This document shows, in pieces, positions 17,684-25,743 of a DNA stretch of 32,532 bases. The DNA lies in IMG/VR virus record IMGVR_UViG_3300033076_001338, positions 1 through 32,532 of that record; one strand, given 5' to 3'. The position numbers were made by a program, and so were the translations under genes. Numbering within the stretch: the first letter of the stretch is position 1; each line of letters starts with the position of its first letter. The notes below the pieces were generated by a model. That model was given only the letters and a program-made list of their open reading frames with translations, was not told the DNA's origin and did no database searches. Source of the DNA: a virus (taxonomy: Duplodnaviria > Caudoviricetes).

Positions 17684-18145
17684 GCATTCAAGAAAGTCCT
17701 ACTTGCGGAAGGGGGCTTTGTCCATCACCCGTCCGACCCGGGCGGTGCAACCAACATGGGCATCACCGAGGCGGTGGCCCGCAGGGTGGGCTACAAGGGC
17801 GCGATGCAGGATCTGCCGGTGGACCTTGCCAAGCGGATCTACCTTGAGGAATACTGGAAGCCCATGCGGGCCGATGAACTGCCCCCTGCCATCCGCTACG
17901 CCCTTTTCGACTCGGCGGTGAACTCCGGGGTTCGGCAGGCCACCCGGTGGCTCCAGAGGGCCCTGGGCGTGGCCGATGACGGGGCGCTGGGTGCAAAGAC
18001 CTTGGCTGCTGCCAACGCGGCCAATCCCGAAGCCTTGCGAGCACGCATCATGGCCCAGAGGCTGCGCTTCCTGACGAACCTCGAAACCTTCGGCGCCTTC
18101 GGGCGCGGGTGGACCCGTCGCTGCTGCGACATTCTTGAGAACTGA
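17669..18145 (+). CDS. Endolysin, glycoside hydrolase family 108 with C-terminal peptidoglycan-binding region
   Basis: EGGFVHHPSDPGGATNMGIT, FDSAVNSG, LQRALGVADDG, FGRGWTRR; AGGA RBS favours ATG 17669. Confidence 0.92.
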   Translation: MEFEQAFKKVLLAEGGFVHHPSDPGGATNMGITEAVARRVGYKGAMQDLPVDLAKRIYLEEYWKPMRADELPPAIRYALFDSAVNSGVRQATRWLQRALGVADDGALGAKTLAAANAANPEALRARIMAQRLRFLTNLETFGAFGRGWTRRCCDILEN

Positions 18146-18154
18146 GAGGACTCC

Positions 18155-18322
18155 ATGAACGCGACCATCATCCAGGCTATCGTGCGCCACGTGCTGACTG
18201 CAGTTGCCGGCGGCTTCGCTGTGAAGTACGGCATTGACGGAGGGACCATGGACGCCATCATCGGCGGCGCGGCTGCAGCGGCGGGCGTGGGCTGGTCTGT
18301 GTGGGACAAGAAGCGGGGGTAA
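18155..18322 (+). CDS. Putative holin (55 aa, not in ORF track)
   Basis: GAGGA RBS; MNATIIQAIVRHVLTAVAGGFAVKYGIDGGTMDAIIGGAAAAAGVGWSVWDKKRG with two hydrophobic segments and a basic tail, right after the endolysin. Confidence 0.75.
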   Translation: MNATIIQAIVRHVLTAVAGGFAVKYGIDGGTMDAIIGGAAAAAGVGWSVWDKKRG

Positions 18323-18325
18323 AGC

Positions 18326-20299
18326 ATGCCCCTGAAGACGCTCCAGCTTCGCCCCGGCATCTTCCGGGAGAACACGCGCTACGCCGCAGAGAACGGCTGG
18401 TATGAGTGCGACAAGATCCGCTTCCGCTCGGGGCAACCCGAGAAGATCGGCGGATGGAAGCAGCTCAACAGCGATGCCGGCACCTTCCTTGGCGTTGGCC
18501 GTGCGTTGTGGCCCTGGAGCATCTTCCTCGGCATCGGTACGAACCTGAAGTACTACGTGTACTACGGGCAGTACTACGACATCACGCCCATCGATGTCTA
18601 CACGCTGACCAATCCGTTTACAGCGACGACAACTCCGACGGCTCCTCTCACGGCGGCGTCTATTACCGTCACGCACACTGATCACGGGCGCCTTGTGGGC
18701 GACTACGTGCAGTTCGACAACGTCACGGGCCTTGGCGGCAACATGACGCAGGCGGTGCTGGAGCTTGAGTACCAAGTCGCCACCGTCATCGACGCCAACA
18801 GCTACACCATCAACGCTCGGGACCCCACCACGGGACTTCCGGTGCTTGCCACGGCTGCAGATGTTTCAGGCTCCCCTGGCGGCGGCACCGTGACGGCGCA
18901 GTACCAACCCAACATCGGCACGGACATCCAGTACCCCCCGCCCAGCGACACGGAAGGCTGGGGCGCGGGTCTTTGGGGCAGCGGCGGCTGGGGCGGCGAT
19001 CCGGATCCTTTCGTTGCCGAGCAGATCGGCCTGTGGAACCACGCCAACTTTGGCGAGGATCTGATCTACGGCCCCAAGGGCGGCGGGATCTACTACTGGG
19101 ATGCGTCGGGCGGCTTCCCGAGCCGGGGTGTCAATATTTCGACGCTTGTCGGTGCCAGCGACACGCCCAGCAAGGCGCTCTTCCGGCTGGTTTCCGACGC
19201 TTCGCGGTTTGTCCTGGCCTTCGGCACGACCGACTACGGCTCCACCAACCTGAACCCGATGCTGATCCGCTGGTCGGATCAAGAGAGTGCGGCCAACTGG
19301 ACGCCTGCCGCGACTGGCCAAGCAGGTAGCCTGACGCTGTCTCGGGGCTCGGAGATCCAGGCGGTTGCGCAGACTCGCCAAGAAATCTTGGTCTGGACGG
19401 ACACGGCGCTGTACTCCCTGCAGTACCTGGGCCCGCCTATCGTGTGGGGTTCGCAGATCCTGGCAGACAACATCACCATCGCCAGCGACCGCGCCTGGGC
19501 TGTGGCCGCAGGCGTCGTCTACTGGATGGGGGACGAGAAGTTCTACGTCTTCGATGGACGCACCAGCACACTCAACTGCGACATCCGGAAGTTCGTCTTC
19601 GACGACTTCAACAGCAACCAGAACCTCCAGGTGTTCGCGTCCACCGTCGAGCAGTTCAGCGAGGTGTGGTGGTTCTACTGCTCGGCCAACTCCACCACCG
19701 TGGATCGGTACGTCGTTTACAACTACGCAGAGAAGATCTGGTACTACGGCAGCTTGGCACGGACGGCATGGATTGACGCCAGCGTCTTCTCGAACATCCC
19801 GGTTGCCGTCGACTACAACAGCCAGCTTCTGTACCACGAGACCGGCTGTGACGACAAGTCAACGCCTGTGGCAGCGCCCATCGATTCATACATCATCTCT
19901 TCCGAGTTCGACATCGACGACGGGCACAACTTCGGGTTCGTCACGCGTGTGCTGCCGGATGTGACCTTCGCGGGTTCCACGGCTCCTGTCGAGAATCAGT
20001 CGCTCACGATGGCGCTTCTGCCCTTGCAGAACTCCGGCTCAGGCTACACGCGTGGTGTGACCAATGTGGCGCCGTCTGCCAACATGTCGGTGGCGCTCAA
20101 CAACGAGCGCACCGTGCAGCGCGACGCCAACAACGGGGTCGAGCGCTTCTCCGGCACCATCACGCCCTATCAGGGCAACCTGTACATCCGCGTGCGCGGC
20201 AGGCAGATGGCGATCAAGGCACGGTCCAACGAGCTTGGGGTGCAGTGGCAGTTGGGCAAGTTCCGCATCGACCTCCGGCCTGATGGGCGCAAGTCATGA
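18326..20299 (+). CDS. Tail nozzle / DNA-stabilisation protein (P22 gp10-like)
   Basis: 657 aa beta-rich; IRWSDQE, EVWWFY and RPDGRK motifs; typical position before ejection genes. Confidence 0.65.
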   Translation: MPLKTLQLRPGIFRENTRYAAENGWYECDKIRFRSGQPEKIGGWKQLNSDAGTFLGVGRALWPWSIFLGIGTNLKYYVYYGQYYDITPIDVYTLTNPFTATTTPTAPLTAASITVTHTDHGRLVGDYVQFDNVTGLGGNMTQAVLELEYQVATVIDANSYTINARDPTTGLPVLATAADVSGSPGGGTVTAQYQPNIGTDIQYPPPSDTEGWGAGLWGSGGWGGDPDPFVAEQIGLWNHANFGEDLIYGPKGGGIYYWDASGGFPSRGVNISTLVGASDTPSKALFRLVSDASRFVLAFGTTDYGSTNLNPMLIRWSDQESAANWTPAATGQAGSLTLSRGSEIQAVAQTRQEILVWTDTALYSLQYLGPPIVWGSQILADNITIASDRAWAVAAGVVYWMGDEKFYVFDGRTSTLNCDIRKFVFDDFNSNQNLQVFASTVEQFSEVWWFYCSANSTTVDRYVVYNYAEKIWYYGSLARTAWIDASVFSNIPVAVDYNSQLLYHETGCDDKSTPVAAPIDSYIISSEFDIDDGHNFGFVTRVLPDVTFAGSTAPVENQSLTMALLPLQNSGSGYTRGVTNVAPSANMSVALNNERTVQRDANNGVERFSGTITPYQGNLYIRVRGRQMAIKARSNELGVQWQLGKFRIDLRPDGRKS

Positions 20300-21657
20300 G
20301 CATCTGGGCCAACGTCATCAAGCGCTTCAGGGCCCCGGCCCTGCCACTGGCTACCAGGACGTACGATCCGCAGTACATCGACAAACTGCTCAGCGTTCTA
20401 CGCCTGTACTTCAACCAACTGGACAACCTGCTGGAGCGCATTGTGGAAGCATCCCCGGTCGCGGTCAATCTGTACGGGTCGGCCCTGGATGCCTTTGGCC
20501 GCGCCCGTGCCAGCCAGCCTTACACGCTCTTTGACAGCCAGAACCGCTACGCCAAGAACGACTTGTTCAGCGAAAGCACGGCCACTGGAGGAACCGTCAG
20601 CTACGACGCAAACGCCAGTACGGTTGAGCTAAACGTGACTGCATCAAACGGATCTGAAGTGGTCCGTCAGACGTATCGGTCTTTTGCCTACCAGCCGGGC
20701 AAGGGCCTGCTGGTGATGAACACGTTTGTCATGCCCACGGCGGTGTCCAATCAGCGCATCCGTATCGGGTACTTCAACACGCAGAACGGCGTGTTTCTGG
20801 AACGGGACGGAACCTCCGTTTACATCACTCGGCGCACCTATGTGACAGGCTCTGCCGTGGATACCCGTGTAGCGCAGGATGACTGGAATGGCGACAAGCT
20901 TGACGGCACCGGGGACTCCGGCTACACGCTTGACCTGACCAAGGCCCAGATCTTCTGGGAGGACTTCGAGTGGTTGGGCGTGGGTTCTGTGCGCTGCGGG
21001 TTCGTGATCAACGGCGAGACGATCATCTGCCACACGTTCCAGAACGCGAACAACCTGACCAGCGTTTACATGACCACGGCGATCCTGCCGGTCAGGTACG
21101 AGATCACAAACACGGGCGCCAGCAACGTTGCCACGCTCAAGCAGATCTGCTCCACGGTCATCTCTGAGGGCGGCTACGAGAAGAAGGTCGCCCCCACAGT
21201 GGCGCGGGCCAGTTCGTTACGGTCGGCTACGCTCAGCACCTGGACATCGCTGGTGTCTATCCGGTTGGCGTCGGGTCGCACGGGTGCAGTGGTCATTCCT
21301 GACGGCTTCTCGGTGCTTTGCGCGACGACCCCCGCAGACTATGAGGTGGCGCTGCTCAAGAACCCGCCCTTCACAGTCAATCCGACGTACAACCCTACAG
21401 GGTCGGCAAATGTCGAGTTCGCTGTCAACGGTACGTTGAATTCTGGCTCCATCACCGACGCCATGATGGTGTCGCATTTCTACGCTTCCGGGTCCAACCA
21501 GAGCGGAGGCTCGGCTTCAACAGATGGCGAGTACAACTGGGACTTGCAGCTTGGCGCCGATCTGTCCAACGTCAGCGACGTTTATGTCCTGGCCGTGCGG
21601 CCTATATCGGGCAACGAAGACTTCTACGCTTCGTTGTTGTTCTGGGATCTGACGTAA
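20296..21657 (+). CDS. Virion structural protein: short helical anchor plus beta-rich domain
   Basis: APALPLA...VLRLYFNQLDN N-terminus followed by DAFGR...YQPGKG...FEWLGVGSVRCGF domain. Confidence 0.65.
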   Translation: MSIWANVIKRFRAPALPLATRTYDPQYIDKLLSVLRLYFNQLDNLLERIVEASPVAVNLYGSALDAFGRARASQPYTLFDSQNRYAKNDLFSESTATGGTVSYDANASTVELNVTASNGSEVVRQTYRSFAYQPGKGLLVMNTFVMPTAVSNQRIRIGYFNTQNGVFLERDGTSVYITRRTYVTGSAVDTRVAQDDWNGDKLDGTGDSGYTLDLTKAQIFWEDFEWLGVGSVRCGFVINGETIICHTFQNANNLTSVYMTTAILPVRYEITNTGASNVATLKQICSTVISEGGYEKKVAPTVARASSLRSATLSTWTSLVSIRLASGRTGAVVIPDGFSVLCATTPADYEVALLKNPPFTVNPTYNPTGSANVEFAVNGTLNSGSITDAMMVSHFYASGSNQSGGSASTDGEYNWDLQLGADLSNVSDVYVLAVRPISGNEDFYASLLFWDLT

Positions 21658-21666
21658 GGAAATATC

Positions 21667-22554
21667 ATGGATAGCGACTACGGGCCCGGCGACGCCCCCG
21701 GCGATAGTGGCGGTGGCGGAGTTAATTTGGGGGGCGGTGGTTTTGACACCGGCGCATACTCCGATTATGGTTGGGGACAAAGCGACAATACGCCTGGGTA
21801 TTCTTCCGGGGATTACGGGCAAAACGTCTTTGGGGCGCTTGACCGCGCGCTTGCAGGAGAGGATCTTGACAAAAGTTCTCTTGAGACGCTTGCGGCTGCG
21901 GGGCTTGGGAAAGTAGACATCTCTCCGACGCAGAACGTCGAGCAGGCACTTGCGGCACGTAACGTCCACAACGTCCTCAATTACACCGTCCCCGCGCTCG
22001 TCAGCATGGTCCCTGGCTACGGCACGGTGTCTGCGCTCGGCAAGGGCATCGCCAACATCCACGGGCTCATGACGGGCAGGCTGACGCCAGCCGAAGTGAT
22101 GCCTGGGCTTGCTGCAGGGCTCATCGGCGCCAAGACGGGCATCCCCTCTGGCATCCTGGAAGGGCTCTTCGAAGGCAATCTGGGCAAAGCCGCAGGCTCT
22201 GGCGTCCAGGCGGGCATCACGAGCGGTCTCGGACCCCTTGGGGGGCTTGCGTTCAACCTGTCAGGCGCGGGCAGTGCCGTCAACCGGGGCGTGTCGGATG
22301 CAGTCTCCGGTGCTACCAGTGGCGCTCGCTCTGGCGGGCTCGGCAGCTTGCCGGGTGCGGGCCCCGCGCCCTCCACCTCAACGGCACCCACGGGCAACGC
22401 CTCCGGTGACGCTTATGGCGGCGTAAACCCGGAAACCTACGCTGTAACCGCTGCAATAGAGCAGGCTGCACAGGAGGCAATGCAACCCTCTTGGAAACGC
22501 GAAACTGTTGCAGGACGCTACGGCCCCACCGTGCAGTACGGATACGGAGTGTGA
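21667..22554 (+). CDS. Gly-rich putative internal virion / ejection protein
   Basis: AAGGA RBS; acidic Gly-rich N-terminus, Gly/Leu hydrophobic core. Confidence 0.6.
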   Translation: MDSDYGPGDAPGDSGGGGVNLGGGGFDTGAYSDYGWGQSDNTPGYSSGDYGQNVFGALDRALAGEDLDKSSLETLAAAGLGKVDISPTQNVEQALAARNVHNVLNYTVPALVSMVPGYGTVSALGKGIANIHGLMTGRLTPAEVMPGLAAGLIGAKTGIPSGILEGLFEGNLGKAAGSGVQAGITSGLGPLGGLAFNLSGAGSAVNRGVSDAVSGATSGARSGGLGSLPGAGPAPSTSTAPTGNASGDAYGGVNPETYAVTAAIEQAAQEAMQPSWKRETVAGRYGPTVQYGYGV

Positions 22555-22555
22555 T

Positions 22556-23239
22556 ATGAGCGAATATCTTGAGGACATCCTCAATACAGATACACCAGAT
22601 CTTGGTAGCCAGCAAGCTTACGAAGATACGTTTTCGTACTACACGCCCGTATCTCCGACATATAGCGCGAGCGGCACCGGCAGCGGCATCCTTGACGCGC
22701 TTCTCGGCAGTGCCAAATCAATTGGCCAAGGTTTGATCAGCCCGCGAGGGCTGTTTGGCCTTGCCGGCATGCTTGCGGCGTATCTCGACCGTGACAAAAC
22801 GGGACGCGGAGGCGTGGCGCTCAATCTGTCTCCCTCCAAGGTCACCAAAGAGGTCGTCCCCGGCAAGTACGGCCCGATCTCGTTGACCAAGTTCGCTGCC
22901 GACGGCGGGCTCATGCAGGCGTACGCCACCGGTGGCGTGGTCACCGGCACCAAGCAGAACCCCCTGCAGATGGAGGATGGCGCCTTCGTGCTGACCAAGC
23001 GGGCAATGGACGGCGCCAACAAGATGGCCTCCGGAGGCATTACCCAGGTACTGCCCGGAACGCGGTTGATTGCAGGTCGAGGGACTGGCACAAGCGACGA
23101 CATCCCTGCGACAATCGCCGGGACCACCCCTGCCGCTGTGTCCAATGGTGAAGGCTACGTTCCCAAGGCTGTCGTCGATCAAGCAGGCGGAGCGCGAGCG
23201 CTGTACGCGCTGATGCGTCAACTCGAACGGAGGGCATGA
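22556..23239 (+). CDS. Putative internal virion protein with AxGG pair and GTGTSDDIPA domain
   Basis: Start likely ATG 22556, 1 nt after previous stop; AADGGLMQAYATGG; GTGTSDDIPA...VSNGEGYVP. Confidence 0.65.
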   Translation: MSEYLEDILNTDTPDLGSQQAYEDTFSYYTPVSPTYSASGTGSGILDALLGSAKSIGQGLISPRGLFGLAGMLAAYLDRDKTGRGGVALNLSPSKVTKEVVPGKYGPISLTKFAADGGLMQAYATGGVVTGTKQNPLQMEDGAFVLTKRAMDGANKMASGGITQVLPGTRLIAGRGTGTSDDIPATIAGTTPAAVSNGEGYVPKAVVDQAGGARALYALMRQLERRA

Positions 23240-24030
23240 TGGCCAATATCAGTCCAAGCGGAAACGTTGCCCCCGGCTTTGAGGGCTACCTGACGGACAT
23301 GCTCAACCGGTCCTGGGGACTGGCCCGGGAGGGCTACACGCCCTACACCGGCGAGCGCTTTGCACCGACGTCGCCTCTGCAAGATCAGGCGTTCAGGGGC
23401 ATCGGCAGTCTCGGCCCCTACGCGCCGACGCAGTTCAACACCGGCCTGGGGCCGGTCGGGTCCGTTCAGGACTACATGACGCCGTACCTGCAGAACGTCG
23501 TGGACATCCAGGCACGCGAAGCGCGGCGGCAGTCGGACATCGGTGCGCAGTCGGACCAAGCCAAGTTCGCCCAGGCCGGCGCGCTGGGCGGAGGTCGGGA
23601 CGCCATCATGCGGGCGGAGCGGGAGCGGAACCTCCAGACCCAGATCGGCGACATCCAGGCCAAGGGCCTGATGGCCGCGTTCGATCAGGCGCAGAAGCAG
23701 CGTCTGGGCGAAGCCACGCTCGGCCTCGAAGGCCAGCGCCTGGGCGAAGCCTCCCGGCAGTTCGGCGCCAAGTACGACGTCGACACTCTGGGTGAGCAGA
23801 TGAAGGCCGGTACGGTGCAGCGCGGCATCGCGCAAGAACCGCTGGACTTCGGCTACAAGGAATGGACGGAGTCTGTCAACTTTCCCTACAAGCAGCTCGG
23901 CTTTATGCGCGACATGGTCAGCGGTATGCCGATCCAAGCTCCGGCCTACAGCCCGCCTGACAGCGGTTTCGGCAGTGCTGCCCTCGGCGGACTTGCCGGC
24001 TTGTCGGTGTACAACCGGCTGTTTGGTTAA
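23236..24030 (+). CDS. Putative ejection / DNA pilot protein
   Basis: YTPYTGER, YMTPYLQNVVD, AGALGGGR; Gln-rich helices; Gly-rich hydrophobic C-terminus. Confidence 0.65.
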   Translation: MMANISPSGNVAPGFEGYLTDMLNRSWGLAREGYTPYTGERFAPTSPLQDQAFRGIGSLGPYAPTQFNTGLGPVGSVQDYMTPYLQNVVDIQAREARRQSDIGAQSDQAKFAQAGALGGGRDAIMRAERERNLQTQIGDIQAKGLMAAFDQAQKQRLGEATLGLEGQRLGEASRQFGAKYDVDTLGEQMKAGTVQRGIAQEPLDFGYKEWTESVNFPYKQLGFMRDMVSGMPIQAPAYSPPDSGFGSAALGGLAGLSVYNRLFG

Positions 24031-24051
24031 TACGTAAGGCGGGAGTCAGAT

Positions 24052-25743
24052 ATGGCGCAAATGCCGGGACAGGCGCGGGGCTTTCAGTTTGCGCCGCAGC
24101 AAGCCGCAGGTACGCCTGCGGCCATGGTGCAGAACTTCAAGCAGATTCGCGACATGCCGACGCTGCTTGCAATGTATGCTCGCGACCCGTCGCTCCCGCT
24201 TCTCACGCATATCGACGATGTGCGTGAAGAACTACGCAAAAAACAAGCGGTAGCAAACGGTCTCGCCATGCAGCAAGCGCAACAGCAAGGCCCGCAGACG
24301 ATCAGCGATCAGATTCTCAGCAGCGCCGAACAAGTAGCAGGCACGGCGCCTGTGCGCAGGATGGCCACCGGTGGGATTGTTGCGTTGCAGAGCGGCGGCG
24401 ACCCCGAAGTCAAGCGCATATTGGCTAAGCCTCCGTATCAGCGTACGCAAGAAGAGAACGCTAAACTTGAATCGGCGGGAGTCCCGTTGGTTCAAAGAAA
24501 TTTGGGCCCTTCAGGAAATTGGATAGAACGACTAAATAACTTTCTTGAAAGTCCGTTTTTTCGGGAAACATTCACAGGCGGTGCGTCACGGCTAAGTGCA
24601 GAAGATCTTAAAAAACGCACAGACGCCGGAGCAGTAACGGAGCGTATTGCACGCGGGTTGGGGGCGCAACAAGTAGTGGCGCCCGCTGCCGCCGCAGCTA
24701 CTGCGCCTGCCGCTGCCCCGTATCCCGAGCCGGTTGCCGTGCGAGAAGGACGGCGCGCAGCCCCTGCCGCCGCACCGGAAGCCGCTCCGCGAGAGCGGCG
24801 CACCCCCGCCGAAAAGCCCACTGCGGAACGTCGCCAAGGACCTCCGCCGGCAGCGGCGGCTCCAGCCGCGCCTGACGCCGTCACGCAAGCACTGAACGCG
24901 CTTGTCGCCGCTTCCACAACGCCGACGGAGGTGCCACAGGCGCTTCGCGAACAACGGACCAAGGTTGCCGGCATTCAGGAGCTGATGACCAAGCAGGCCA
25001 TGGACGAAGCCGCGCGTGTCCGTGACGAAACGGACCGCGAGCTTGCGCGCCGGGAAGGGCGGCTGAACAAGCCGTTCTTGGAAGGCGACATGCTGCCGCT
25101 GCTCGCCAGTTTCCTCAGTGCCAAGAAGGGTGAGTTCTTCCCGTCGCTTGCGAAGGGCCTTGCCGCTGTCAGCACCGAAGAAGAGAAGGCCCGCAGGGAC
25201 ATTGCGCAGTACCGCGCCACCGAAGGCGAGCGTGTGCGGCAGCTCAACAACACGTACCGGCAACTGCAGCTTGAGAACGCCAAGTATCAGGAAGCACTGC
25301 TGTCTGGCGACATGAAGACTGCGCGAGAGTCTGCGGAGAAGATCGCCAAATTGCGTTACGACGCAGCGGTCAAGACCGAAGAGCTGAAAAACGACCGTAT
25401 TCGTGCGGATGCCGCCTTGGCAAATGCCCGCGCAGCAGGTATCTCTGCTGGAGCGCAAGCTGCGGCGGTTCCTGGACGGCAGGCGCTTGCAGAAGCAGGG
25501 CTACTTGAAAAGCGCATGAAATCGCAAGAAGGCGTACAGTATGCGCAGCTTGCGGCCGCAAAAGCGAAGCTGATGGAAAATCCGTTGGCGGATAAAACCG
25601 CAATTGCCAATATCGATGCGGAACTGATGCGACTGCAACGTCTGATGGACGTTAAGTACGGCGGTATCGGTTCTGCGGCACCTAGTGCCGAAGGCGCGAC
25701 AGATTTGGATGCGGCAGCAGCACGCGTCATGGGAAGGCAGTAA
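24052..25743 (+). CDS. Putative ejection protein, helical/coiled-coil
   Basis: 563 aa Ala/Gln/Glu-rich; MATGGIVALQSGG; Pro/Ala linker. Confidence 0.65.
   Translation: MAQMPGQARGFQFAPQQAAGTPAAMVQNFKQIRDMPTLLAMYARDPSLPLLTHIDDVREELRKKQAVANGLAMQQAQQQGPQTISDQILSSAEQVAGTAPVRRMATGGIVALQSGGDPEVKRILAKPPYQRTQEENAKLESAGVPLVQRNLGPSGNWIERLNNFLESPFFRETFTGGASRLSAEDLKKRTDAGAVTERIARGLGAQQVVAPAAAAATAPAAAPYPEPVAVREGRRAAPAAAPEAAPRERRTPAEKPTAERRQGPPPAAAAPAAPDAVTQALNALVAASTTPTEVPQALREQRTKVAGIQELMTKQAMDEAARVRDETDRELARREGRLNKPFLEGDMLPLLASFLSAKKGEFFPSLAKGLAAVSTEEEKARRDIAQYRATEGERVRQLNNTYRQLQLENAKYQEALLSGDMKTARESAEKIAKLRYDAAVKTEELKNDRIRADAALANARAAGISAGAQAAAVPGRQALAEAGLLEKRMKSQEGVQYAQLAAAKAKLMENPLADKTAIANIDAELMRLQRLMDVKYGGIGSAAPSAEGATDLDAAAARVMGRQ

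Noticed and set aside
17036-17719. Group I intron or intein interrupting the endolysin
   Set aside because: The HNH is antisense and fills nearly the entire insert, leaving no room for a ribozyme core, and the downstream gene is complete with its own RBS and start
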